The notes under the pieces are model-generated. The model was not told where the DNA came from. It did not search any database and worked only from the letters and a program-made list of their open reading frames with translations. The position numbers were made by a program, and so were the translations under genes. A stretch of 64,000 nt of DNA, taken from positions 62,001 to 126,000 of the forward strand of contig LWCA01000002.1 in assembly GCA_001642005.1 (NCBI GenBank). The letters run 5' to 3'. This DNA is from Intoshia linei. Lineage: Eukaryota; Animalia; Orthonectida. Position 1 is the stretch's first letter; each line of letters begins with the position of its first letter. Of this stretch, positions 52,080 to 64,000 are shown piece after piece.

Positions 52080-55000
52080 ATGGCACGTCGATCAAACCAA
52101 AGAATTAAAAAGGTAATCTTTTTCGTGTAAATTTACAATTATTTTTAATTTCATGTAGTATACAAGAGGTACAGCTGTTGCATATATAAGTCGTACTGCT
52201 GCATTAAGGAAATTACAGCTTACATTACGCGATTTTAAGTAAATTTTTAAAATATTGTCATTAATGAATTTGTAAATATCATTTATTTCAACAACCCAAG
52301 ATTTTAAAAATTGTATAATCAATTTGATACGTTTTATGGGATTTTCTCACAGAAAACCTAAAATTATCAAAATTTCGAGAAGCTTAATTTTAGTCAAAAC
52401 TTTTGACTAAGGTACACTAATAATGGTACTTATTGTATTTTAAAGCTGGTTTGGTGTCGACACTTGAGATTTTTGACATTTGAGATCTGATTTATACTAG
52501 AAATTTGCAACTTGGTTCATAGGTTCATAGAAAAATTTTGGATCTCTGGAATCAACAAAAACCCTTTATGAATATATTTATATTTAGAAACATTTGAGTT
52601 TATTTTACGGTAAGTTTGATTGCAAATGTAAAAATTCCGAGAGGTTTAAATTGTGAGAAAGGTTGAGAAAGAGCTGAATTATAAAACACATTGATATTGA
52701 ATTTTTCTTCCACTTTTTTCGACATCTTTTGAGAAGAAATTCTACTATTATTTAAAGTTTCAGTTTTAATATAGTTTAATAATGTCGAATTAGCTTTTAT
52801 GGGTTTTCCAGATCTTTTTAAAGTTTCAGTAGCACCAGTTTCTTTAATTTTTTTTACTATATTGCAAACAGTTTTATTGGAATACATTTATTTTTTTAGA
52901 AATTTCACTACCTGAATAACCCTATTTGTGGTAACTAATTATCATATCTCGTTAGAAATCACTTCTTTTGACCATGTTGGATGACCGGAATTATATTTGA
53001 ATCAAAATTTAAAATGAAAGCAAGTTTTTATGTCTAAATTTAAACTTTTTAAAAATGAGTAAATATTTGTTTATCATAAAATATTTCTGGGAATTTAATT
53101 AATTAAATGGTGATCAATTAAGAATGAAAATAGGAAAACTATAGTTATAATAATACGGACGTAGTATTTTCTTCTTGAATGATATACATTATTTTGAAAT
53201 ATCTTCATTGAGTCAAAAGTTACGGGCATATTAATAAATGAGTAAATAATTCTTTACCACACTGTAACCTTATCCACATTTCTAAGATTCTTGAGTTGAC
53301 ATTATAAATTTCACATTCAAATTAGTTGATATTCAAGAATATTTTTAATGATTAATTTAGTAAATTAAAGCCTCCATTTTAAAAAAATTTCTTCGAGATC
53401 CCTCGGTGGAAGGATCTTGCATACGGTAGATTCGGCGCTGGTAGTTCGCACTAAGTATGTTTGAAATTAATTTTTATAATTACGCCATTGAAGCTACCAT
53501 GTCAAAATTAATGTAAAATTTTAATTTAAGGAAGAATATATAATAAAAAAATATTACCTTAGTGACGTGTTCAGGATTAAGAGGATTTTTTTGAAAATTA
53601 TGTGGTCCACACATTTTTTTGTGTGATAAGTAGAAAGAGAGAGTAGTAGTAGATAAGTCCATGGTAGAAAAAGTTTGGGGACCACTGACTTATACAATCA
53701 ATTCTGATCTACATGAACACCTCTCATAATTAACATTTTTTTATGTGAATATAATTTTCAGCATTTAGATTGATTTAAAGTATTTTAAAATTAAAATTTA
53801 ACTTTAACATTGTTACTGCAATTGTTTTTTTTGTCTTTTTCATTGTTCACTTAATACGATAATATGAACACTAATAAAATTTGGTACTCTCGTTTTCATA
53901 TTGAACAGGATTGACTGTATAAAATTTTATATGTGTGTTACTGTTTATTTAAAAAAGAGAACTATTTGATTTGTCAATATTTAATTACTGAAACTGTCAG
54001 TATTTTCAACAAAAATTGCCACTATAAATATTAAAATGTCAGTAATAAAATGTAATTTGTCGTTATTCAATTACATATTTGTCAGTTTTTGTTCATGTTA
54101 AGTTACTCCACAAAAAAGGTATATAGAAATAAACACATTTTATAAAATAATTAAACTGACAGTAATAATATTAAATATTCAGTAAATAAAATACTAACCT
54201 AAAATAACGACAATTTATTATTTATTTATTATATCAACCGACAATTTAATATTTTTACTGACAAAATATTTAAAATACTGACGCTATAAATACAAGTCTT
54301 TAAAAAAACCCCAATTGGTAATACAGTGTTTTAAGAGTGATGCAGCATCGCAAATGTCATTTCTCGAAATTATGTCCTTCCTAATAAAAATCCCAATTTC
54401 ACCTTATTTCAAAAATAAAACAGCCGTAACATTTAAAAAAACACATCTTCGGATGCGTTTGAAAAGCATTACCTGTATATTTAATTTATCATTACATTTG
54501 AGAAAAGGCAATATGGGGTTTTGGTTGTCAAAATGCATTATTTTTGACGTTGCCATTTGTTATAATACTTATTTTAAAACTACCCGAGAATTTATGTTTT
54601 AAAAAATTTTAAATTATATTAAAAAGTTTTACAATCTTTAAATTTAGACGATTATGCATTTTAAAAGGAGTATATCCTCAAGAACCAAAAAGCATTAAAA
54701 AGGCCAACAAAGGCAAAACTGGAAATCGTACATATTTCTTTAAAAAAGACATTTTATATCTTTCACACGATGAACTTATTAAAAATTTTCGAGACATTAA
54801 AGTAATTTTAATATTATCAGTGATTGATAGAATTAAAAACTCGATTTTGAACTTTTTGGTGTAGTGCCAAATCTAGTCTACCGATACCTCATCAGGGGAA
54901 TCGGCGAAATTTTATTAAAATCTAAATTGGCAGCATTTTTCCAAATTAATGATTAAAAAAATATTCTTGAATATCAACTATTTGGTGAGTATAAAATGTT

Positions 55001-58000
55001 AAGTCAAGAGACTTGGAGAGCTGACTAAGCTGTGACACTACGCATCGTTATCAAAATTCTTTTAGTGTTTATTTTTCATTTTAGAGGGGATTGAATTTCG
55101 GTTTGATAGATTCGGCTGTTTTCATGAATCGAATCTCTTAAAACTTGTCAATTTTTTATTTTTCACTTTCGATTATGTCATGAATTATCATTCTTTATTC
55201 TGATTCATTGGTTGAGATACTAAATTTTTCACCTACTATATATCCACTTTTCATAAGTTTGAAAATTTTTTGTTGCGTTGAATTAGAGCCCTGCATGAAT
55301 CTTTATTTCCACTCTTCCTGTTATCATTATATGTTTGATCCTAATCTGTTGATAGTGCTAACTTGGTACCTTTTTAACCTTGACTAAGTTTTTGAATTGT
55401 AACAGCTATGTTAACTTTTATTATTCGTTATAGACCAGGGGTCTGCAACCAGTAACTGGGTTAAAAATGACTTAACGAAATTTTTTGATCCTTTGAGTTT
55501 TCAATGGCCAAGTTTCTCTATTTTACATATTTGCTATACTATGGTCATTTTTCCTAGATTCATATTTATAAACGAAATATAAAACATTAATATCTGATTG
55601 TTGACTGTTAATTAAATTTTAAATAGATAACATATTGCCTGCATCCCAAATAATGATATTTGCGCCAATTATAATTGAAACTTTATATTATTTATAAATG
55701 TTTCCTGGTATACTATAATATTACCTGTGTATTGAGTTGCAATATTTATACACATTTTATACTGTTACTAGTTGAATTTATTATGATTTAAATTATTTCT
55801 ACGTGTAGTTATTTTGCAAAAAATTAAAAAGTGCCAAAGTAAATTATGAAACTAGCCGAGTTGGAAAATTATTGGAAAACCAACCAGTCTATTCAATCGA
55901 TCACACCATAAAAGAAAGATACCCTTCTTTTGACTTGGCGTTACGAGATATGGACGATTGTCTATCAACCATTTTTTTGTTTGCGACATTTGCTAAAAGC
56001 AAATATGTCGGAAATGATTTAATATCAATTTGCAAGAAACTTTCAATTGAATTTATGCACTATGTAATTCAAGAAAAATGTTTGGAAAAAATTTTCATTA
56101 GTAGCAAGGGTATTTATTTTGAAATTGAAATTCAGAATCAAAAAATACGATGGGTTCAACCTCACAATTTGACATATCAGGTAAGTTGTGTTATTTCATT
56201 GTACAGTTTTATTTAGAAAGATTTTGATGTAGATTTCAAAGTAATGTCGATTTTTTGTGAATTTTATGTTACCTTGTTAAAATTTGTAAATTTTCAACTA
56301 TATCATTCAATTAATCTTATTTATCCTCCAATGGTAGTTTAAAATTTATTTTTTTTATTTTAATTCTAGCTTATAAATTACAGACCATCGAAAAGTGATT
56401 CTAATGGTTGCGATTCTTGGGTTGATGAGGTAATTTTATTTATTTTGATTGTTTTATAATTTATAATTATCGTCTACATTTGTATTTTTAATTTGTTTAT
56501 TAGGTTTTGTCTTCTCTTGTATGTAGTTTAAAATTAGTTCAAGATCCTAGCTTACTGGATTGTATCGAGGATATACCAATAGAAGTAAGATTTGTATTTT
56601 TAGAATTCGCGTTTTATGTACATTTTAGAGTGAAGGTGTAAGCAATGTACATAATCAAATCCAAGAAAAAATTAAATTTCAAAATTTATTCAAGGATAAA
56701 AAATTCTTTATATGTCGGGAATGTCCTATAGATGTGTTGACGTTTATTATTAGGTATGTTTTGAATTAACTATTATTTATTTTTGTTAGGTGTTTTGGTG
56801 GTAGCGTTGCCTGTGAATCTTTAAACTCTATTAAACAAGAATACTCTGTCAACGATCCCACAATTCATTACGAAATTGTTGATAGACCTAACATTTTAAT
56901 TAAATATCAGAATCGGTAATATATTTCTTAGTTATTATTTTAACGCATGTTTTTCAATCGTTGTCTAGTCCTCAGAGATTAGACGTTTAGAACGATAGAA
57001 AATCAGTTTTACTAAAATTTTGAATTTTGACGTGACTAGATCAGAAAGATTGGCAAACATTGTTTGCGCAAATGTTTAATTGTTTAATTATTTTTTTATA
57101 AAGATCATATCTACAGCCCCAATGGATATTTGATTCTGTAAATGCTAAAAAATTGTTAAATGTAAAAAATTATCTTGTTGGAGTTGAAATGCCGCCACAT
57201 TTATCTCCATTTGTCGAAGAGTCTAATTTAATTGATCAGCCTGAAGAGCCAACCGTTGAGGGTTAGTGTTTATTATATTTTTTAATATTCTTAGAAATTA
57301 AAGTGTCTCAACCTAAAATCAAAAAGATTAAAAAGGAAATGGTAAATTATTAAATTGATTTTATGTGCAAATGGTTGAGCCATATTTTTGTGATTTATAT
57401 AAATGTTGAGTTTACAATTGTTTCAACTTTACCCACTTTTCGATTACCGGCAATCTACCATTTAAAGTTTTGATTATCGGTATTTATTGCAATATATCTG
57501 AGCTTTGTTAAAATGTACTGTATCAAACATAATAATATGAACAAAAATAAATTATTTTACTTAGAAGAACATGAGAAAATATGTACAAAAAATATTAATT
57601 TTCAGCGTTTTCCTCTAATAGCTAATTAACAAATTATAAATTTTCTCGAATTCATAAAAATGTATGATTCGTCAAATTGATATACATTTTGGGTCGTGAA
57701 TGTAATAATTGATTAGTAATCTTGAAATCAAAAATCCATTAAAAAGGATTGCCAACAAATAGTATGGGTAATGAAAATGACATTGTAAAATTGGTCAAAA
57801 TTTATGTTATCGTGCTTGGTTGGTATGCAGGTTCCTTACAGTACTGTCTGTCGAGAGTATTACTTAGTTTGTTTTGATAACCATTTACATTTTAATTAAT
57901 TTATATAAATTAAATTCTTTAATTATTATAAATTACGTGATACGAATGGTTTTAATTTGTTTTTAAATTTATTTTAGCCGACTAAAAAAGTTATGAAAGT

Positions 58001-58234
58001 TGTAAAAAGTATAGAAAACCCTAATGAACCAGTTGAAAATACAAGAAAATTAGCAGAAATGATTATTCCAAATAAAAAAAAAACAATGTATCAAAAACTA
58101 ATGAAACAAAGGAAGTTGGCAATAAAAGAGGTTTTCATTTTTTATTAAAAGCGTTGACTCAGATGTGACAAATTCAGGTCCGCAAAAAATTAAAACAGAT
58201 AAATAACAGCTTAACTGAGAATGTAAAAACCTAA
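52080..58234 (+). CDS. PES1: Pescadillo homolog (PeBoW complex)
   Basis: Exons 52080-52112 and 52159-52238 ([21 protein letters not shown]), 54648 onward ([14 protein letters not shown]), [45 protein letters not shown]...PPHLSPF. Last exon 58178-58234. Confidence 0.93.
52600..53225 (-). mobile_element. Tc1-like transposase N-terminal (HTH) remnant in PES1 intron 2
   Basis: [25 protein letters not shown] in ORF 52600-52887. The extent is approximate. Confidence 0.6.
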
Positions 58235-58652
58235 TGTAGTGTTAACGTTTCTTAGAAATTACATGACATTTTATAATTCACTTATACAACATTTTTCTTT
58301 TATATAATAAAAGTGATAAGTTTTTTATTAACAGTAAGCGTTATCTACATGGCCTATGAGAAAAAAGTGTGTTGCAATTTAAATTTTAAATATGTATGTG
58401 TCTAATTATATATAATAATATGTAAATACATCGTAACTAATTGACCGTTATAATTATTCGGCTTATACTAAACCAGAACAATTTCGACATTTAATATTTT
58501 GTGGTTATCAGTATTGTAATGACTTCATTGATAGAACCTTTAAAAGTTCTTTTCAATTTAATAATTAAAACAAATTTTTATAAATAATATATTTTAATGT
58601 ACATTATAGAAATCTAAATTAAAACGGGCTAAAATGGAGGCAATGGCGTAGT

Positions 58653-60709
58653 TCAATATACTGCAGATATTATTATAATAATCAATAAAATTGCTACAAA
58701 TATTAAACATATTATATACGTTCTCCAATTCTAAATTTTTCATGTCATTGTAAAATATATTTAACTATATTATAATTTATAATAATAACTCCTCATTGGT
58801 AATAATTATATTTATTTATTTTTATATACTAGGTCAGGTTAGTTTAACAAAATTAGATGAGGCGACAAAGATATGAATTATAACAACGATCCTTATCCAT
58901 GTGAACCTGATAAATTAAAATGTTGACACTGAAATTACTATATTCGTTTTTAAGAATTAAATTTGTATAATTTTTTACATTTGTCTTCTTTTTTTGAAAT
59001 TTATTCACCAATAAGGGCTACTATAATTATTAAAAATATTTACCCTTCTAGTTTTTGCTTTTAATTTTGTAGCTTCATTCAATACCTTACTTGCTTCTTC
59101 CACATAATCAACTGTAATCTCAACATTGTGTTCTATATTGTCGATCATGATGCCCTTGAATTAATTGACGTTATTAGTAATCTATATTGTCATTTAATAC
59201 ACCGAATTATACCGCACTTTAATGGTACAAGCCATTGTAGCTTTACATTTTTTTAATACAACTCAAATTAATCTAAATGTATTTGTCTAATGATGTTGAA
59301 GAATGTTAACTGAATTTAAATCAATAATAAATAATTTTATACGTTTATTAATTATTTATTTACTTAAATTTTTACTCAATTTTTTTGAATTGGGCAAATT
59401 GTTTATTCGCGAATATATTATACTTTATGGGTAAAACTTAATCTTTTGCATTCTCAATTTTACAAAATATAAAATTATCATATTTTGGTTTAAATGAGTA
59501 CAGTAGTTTGTTTTTCAAATTATTAATACATACTTGGTCGTGTATCATGTTATTTAGTTCTTGAAAAACATTGTGCAATTCTTCTATATTTTTGCTAACA
59601 TTTTCAATTTGTTGGTGTTTCTTTTGCACCTCACAAAGAGACAATTTGGCCTGTTCCGTTTCTTTTAATAACTTGACTTTTAATTATAAGGTGATATTAA
59701 ATATTACATTAGTGAAGACTAGATTGTTGTGATTTGAATCTTTCCTTGTGATACTTGAATCATTTACTAATATACGTGAATATAATGGGTTTATCATAAA
59801 TTTTATGATAAACTATGTTCATTATTTTTGAAAATTTTACCAATTTCCATTTTCATTTCAATCATTTTTTTACTTTGTTCTTTGTATTTAATTTCAGATT
59901 GGTAAAATGAATTTGATAGGTTGGTAAATGCATTTATAAGGGAATTTACGTGAATATTTTTCATCCTCAAATTGATTTGGTAATTTGTATTGAAATTATC
60001 AATTTCTATATAATTTTATAAAATTTAAAATAAAAGTTTATATAACCGGTTATGTCAGCTCTTACAGATTTTAGTAATTTTCTTATATTCACTTTGAGAT
60101 TTTCCAATCGATTGAATAGGCCTAGATATTATTAAAATTTTATTAATTTTAAAGTTTTTTGGTGAACGAAAAGGTACCATTGTTTATTTGGACATTATTA
60201 AGTGTTTGAATTTGATATTTATGTAAAAGTTGTATGTCTTGATCTATGTCTAGCACTTTTTTCTTGGTTTCTGACACCTAATAAATAATAAAATCATCAT
60301 TCTCATTTAAGGATACGGAGAGCTAGAAGTGGGTCCAATCAGATGAAAATTATATATACATTACTAATATATTCAGTTATTTTAATAGCTAATATAAATG
60401 TTCGATCGAGTAATGAGTCATGACCTTTACATCTCTCCACAGTATGGGATCATATAATACAGTTTATATGTAAAACGTCACGTTTGATATCTGATTATTA
60501 TTATTTTTTTTAAATTCAATTAAATACCCTATTTAAAAATATCTTCATTTCATTTTCAATCAATTGTTGGTCAGTATCGTCAATATTAATGTTAACATCA
60601 TCTTCGTCTACTAGTTCTGGATTTACATGTTCTAGTTTCTAGTTTTAATTGTTATTATAAATTAAATTTATACATTTTGCAATTCACACGTTCTATCTTT
60701 TGTTGGCAT
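58653..60709 (-). CDS. Plasma-membrane syntaxin (syntaxin-1-like Qa-SNARE)
   Basis: N-peptide MPTKDRTCEL, Habc exons, SNARE motif EQAKLSLCEVQKKHQQIENVSKNIEELHNVFQELNNMIHDQ|GIMIDNIEHNV, and a C-terminal TM exon ending at TGA 58653-58655. Confidence 0.88.
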
Positions 60710-61186
60710 TAAAATTTCACAATTAATATTTCGTTTTAGTTTTAAAATTAATCAAACAGAATAATAAACATAATTTAATGTTATTTTTTAATTTTATATG
60801 AATTTATATAATATAAGTAGGCTTGGGCGTACCATGCATATACGACTTTATATATAAATTTATTATGATCCAATTATACAATTATAAGTATTTCAAAGTT
60901 TAGTTTATCATATATTGAAAATTTTTAAAATCTTCAGATTGCCATCCATTTTGGCCTAAAATTTAGACTTAATGTCAATGTTAACTAGTATATTTTGTAT
61001 TGTTAATTTAATATAATAGGTCGTAACCTCGTTGTTATTGCAACTTTATTATAAATCATAAATACTAACCGTCTGGTAGCGCCTTATGTTTATTTTTTTA
61101 TGAATTATGGACATATTCGAGGCAAGAGTTATTTCCAATAACCAATACATTTTTAATAGTTTTTAGCGAAAAAGGAAGGATGATTT

Positions 61187-61290
61187 TCTGATCATATTAG
61201 ACATATTTTACTTTATGAGTTCTACATGGGGTATATCGTATCGAAAACTAATCAAAAAATATGCAATGTTTATGGCAACGTGTTACTAAT
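61187..61290 (+). mobile_element. Mariner (Mos1-type) transposase N-terminal fragment
   Basis: HIRHILLYEFYMG...NQKICNVYG resembles the mariner first HTH. Confidence 0.6.
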
Positions 61291-64000
61291 CTACGAAGAA
61301 TCTAAATATGATTCTAGAGGTTACACCAAAAGGGATCTTGCATACAGAATATTCGGCATTGTATACAGTCACAGCATTAATAACTAACTCTGTCACTACG
61401 TACAAATACATGTAATTGTATAGAATATGAGCCTCCCATTATGTTGTAATTACATTTTATTTTTTAAAGTACATATGTTCCTTAATTTTTAGTACCAAAC
61501 CTGACTGAATTACTAGTCAATTAGCAAGGTTGACTGTAATTTAAACGTAAAAAATTACCGCAATCAATCAAGGCAATTATAAGAGAGCTACTGTAAAGAG
61601 CTGACAATAAATCTAATATATTTATGCAATATTGTAAAAAGTGTATATACTTGATTTTTCTAATTTGTCTTTGTATTTTTCAGCTAAATTGTCGTCACAA
61701 TGTACTAAATAGTTTTCAATTTATAAAAATTTTTATTCACGAATATAAGATTATAAAAAATAAAATAGATGTAATATAATCCAAGATGTTGACAATAGTG
61801 ATTGTGCCCGGAGTTTTTGTAATTTTTCGGTATTTCCCGAAACAAAGTATTGAAAAGAATAAATAATATCAAACATTTGGTTAAAATATGAATGTAAAAG
61901 TGATAAAGCAGTGTGTAGGGTTTGAAAAAAATGATATGCTGTAGTGGATCTTCGACCTTAAGCCTTTGTAGGCATTAAATATACAAATATCACAATACAA
62001 AATAGTGATAGAAATATATCTCATCTGAAAAACTAATGAAATAAAGAAAAAACACTCCATTTATAAACCCAATTAAAAAATAATTAATTTATCAATGAAT
62101 TGGTTGTTGAGCGGATGTGTAATGACGGGTTTTCAATGAAAACAATAACTAAAAGTGAATTTTATAGGGAGACGTTGAAAATAAGAATAATGAGCTTTTA
62201 AGAATGTACAAGTAATGATACATAGAACCCGTTTCAAGGACAATTCTATAAACATGTTATTTATTTTAAAACAGTTTTTTAATAATGTAAAATAATGTTT
62301 GAAAAATTTTTTTTCAAGTTATTTCTTCAATTTTTGAATTAAGTAAGCCTATTATTTATTCTTCTATGCGGCATAATTTATAACGAACAAAATAGGTTAG
62401 ATGATAATTGGATTATTAATTAAGTCAGCACTTCACGGATCAGTAAATATAATTTTGACTTTCCCGTTAAATCACAATCACTAGTTAACATACTCAAAAA
62501 TCGATCCGTATTTGTGAATTTATATTTATACTTTCCTACCAAAAAATTGGTTAGTTTATAAATAAAATAATAAAAATTTCTTAAAAAAATCCAACTTTTT
62601 TCTAAAAACCTAAAGATATAATTAAATATAGAAGGGATCGGAAATCCATTAATTATGTTAATTATTATTCCAACAATATTTTTAAAACTTTTATAATTTC
62701 TTTGTCATGATTGCCGTCCCAAATGAAATGATTTACAGCTTTTTTGTTAAATGCTCTTATTTACAATGAAAAGTGTACTTGAAAAAACATGTGTAGATTT
62801 CATAGTTTTGATAGTAAAGATGAAATATAATTTGAGGAACAATTTAATTTCTCAATATTATCTCAAATTTTAGAAACAAGGATAAATAGCCAAAGAGGAA
62901 AATTAAAAATGAAATTCAAATTCATTTACTTTTAATTAATGTAAGTGTCTGATAATGACAAAGTGATCCAAGTTCGTCAACATTAGGGTAACCCAAAAAT
63001 AAGTAAATTATCGAAATAGAAAAAGTAATTGTTAGTATAATCACTGATTATTTATCCGTATCATTTATTTCAATAGTCTCGGTATTTGTGTGTATGCCTT
63101 TTTATTAAAAATTGTAAATTTTACTCAATTTAAAATCATCCATGTTGTTTTTAAATGTTTTAAAAATGTCAGAATTCCATGCATCTAAAAAAAATTAGTA
63201 CAAATTATATGTAAAAATCACTATAAAATATATACATAGCAATATCAAACAGAATTCATGGCGAACCACGCTTTAAAAATTAATATTTACATAATCCATG
63301 TACATTATAATGTACGTGTGTATTATAAAAATATTTGCTAAAATTTATAATTATAATTACTACCAGGAAAATGTATATAATTCCGCGATGGACTGCTTGT
63401 TTGACATAGCTAGTATGAATATGTTTTAAATTAATACCTTCAGTATATTTTAATTGCATACTCAACTCGAATATATTGACCCATATCATGTAATCTAAAT
63501 GAATTTGATTAATACACGTACAAAATAAGTTTTTTTGTTGATGAACAATAATAATATCAATGGATATTACTTGTCACATCATTTAATAAAATTGCGCTAA
63601 AATTTGTAAGCGACAAAACGCAAACATAAATAACAATTTAATCATTATAATAAACTTATAACTCACGAATACATCAATCATAATATGAGTCTTATCGCAC
63701 AACCAACTTTAACTACTAAATATTATAAAATGTTAATTTAAAATTTTTATTTATACAAATTAATTTAATATACCAATTTATTTACAAAAGTAAAATTTCT
63801 ACGTAGTATGATAAAAATTTGACATAATCATTATTTTTTAAATTGCGCCATTTACAATAATATTGCAACAGGCAATATTTTACAAAATTAAAAAAAAGTG
63901 TAGCATTATTATCATCTGATATTAGTTGATTAACTTTAAATTTTATTATAATTATTAATTATACTGTAGATATATTTTATTTTTTTAAGTGATACCTATG

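Noticed and set aside
61560-63500. Possible additional gene near the window end
   Set aside because: Only short open stretches. No recognisable domain or consistent exon chain could be built.

Overview
Very AT-rich, gene-dense eukaryotic (animal) genomic DNA using the standard code. Introns are bimodal: either about 34-47 nt or kb-sized and filled with DNA-transposon debris. This architecture resembles a compact invertebrate genome such as the orthonectid Intoshia (inference only). Hand-spliced genes in order: ankyrin/death-domain protein (+, 5'-partial), METTL5 (-), SLC20/PiT phosphate transporter (-), intronless selenoprotein thioredoxin-glutathione reductase (-), tRNA-Val(AAC), TTC16-like TPR gene (+) whose 7.5-kb intron holds a complete antisense C2H2 zinc-finger gene and a Tc1 element, a PRD-class Q50 homeobox gene that the ORF track misses, an unknown 3-exon gene, CDC6 (-), a calmodulin-like EF-hand gene (+), a small C2H2 gene (-), an mTERF-like gene (-), pescadillo (+) and a syntaxin (-). 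The main points are: UGA/Sec recoding in TGR with a candidate SECIS and a strong hairpin over the true stop; the nested antisense gene; convergent genes with overlapping stop codons; and nested hAT/Tc1 elements with intact target-site duplications. Exon boundaries were read by eye and may be off by a few bases.
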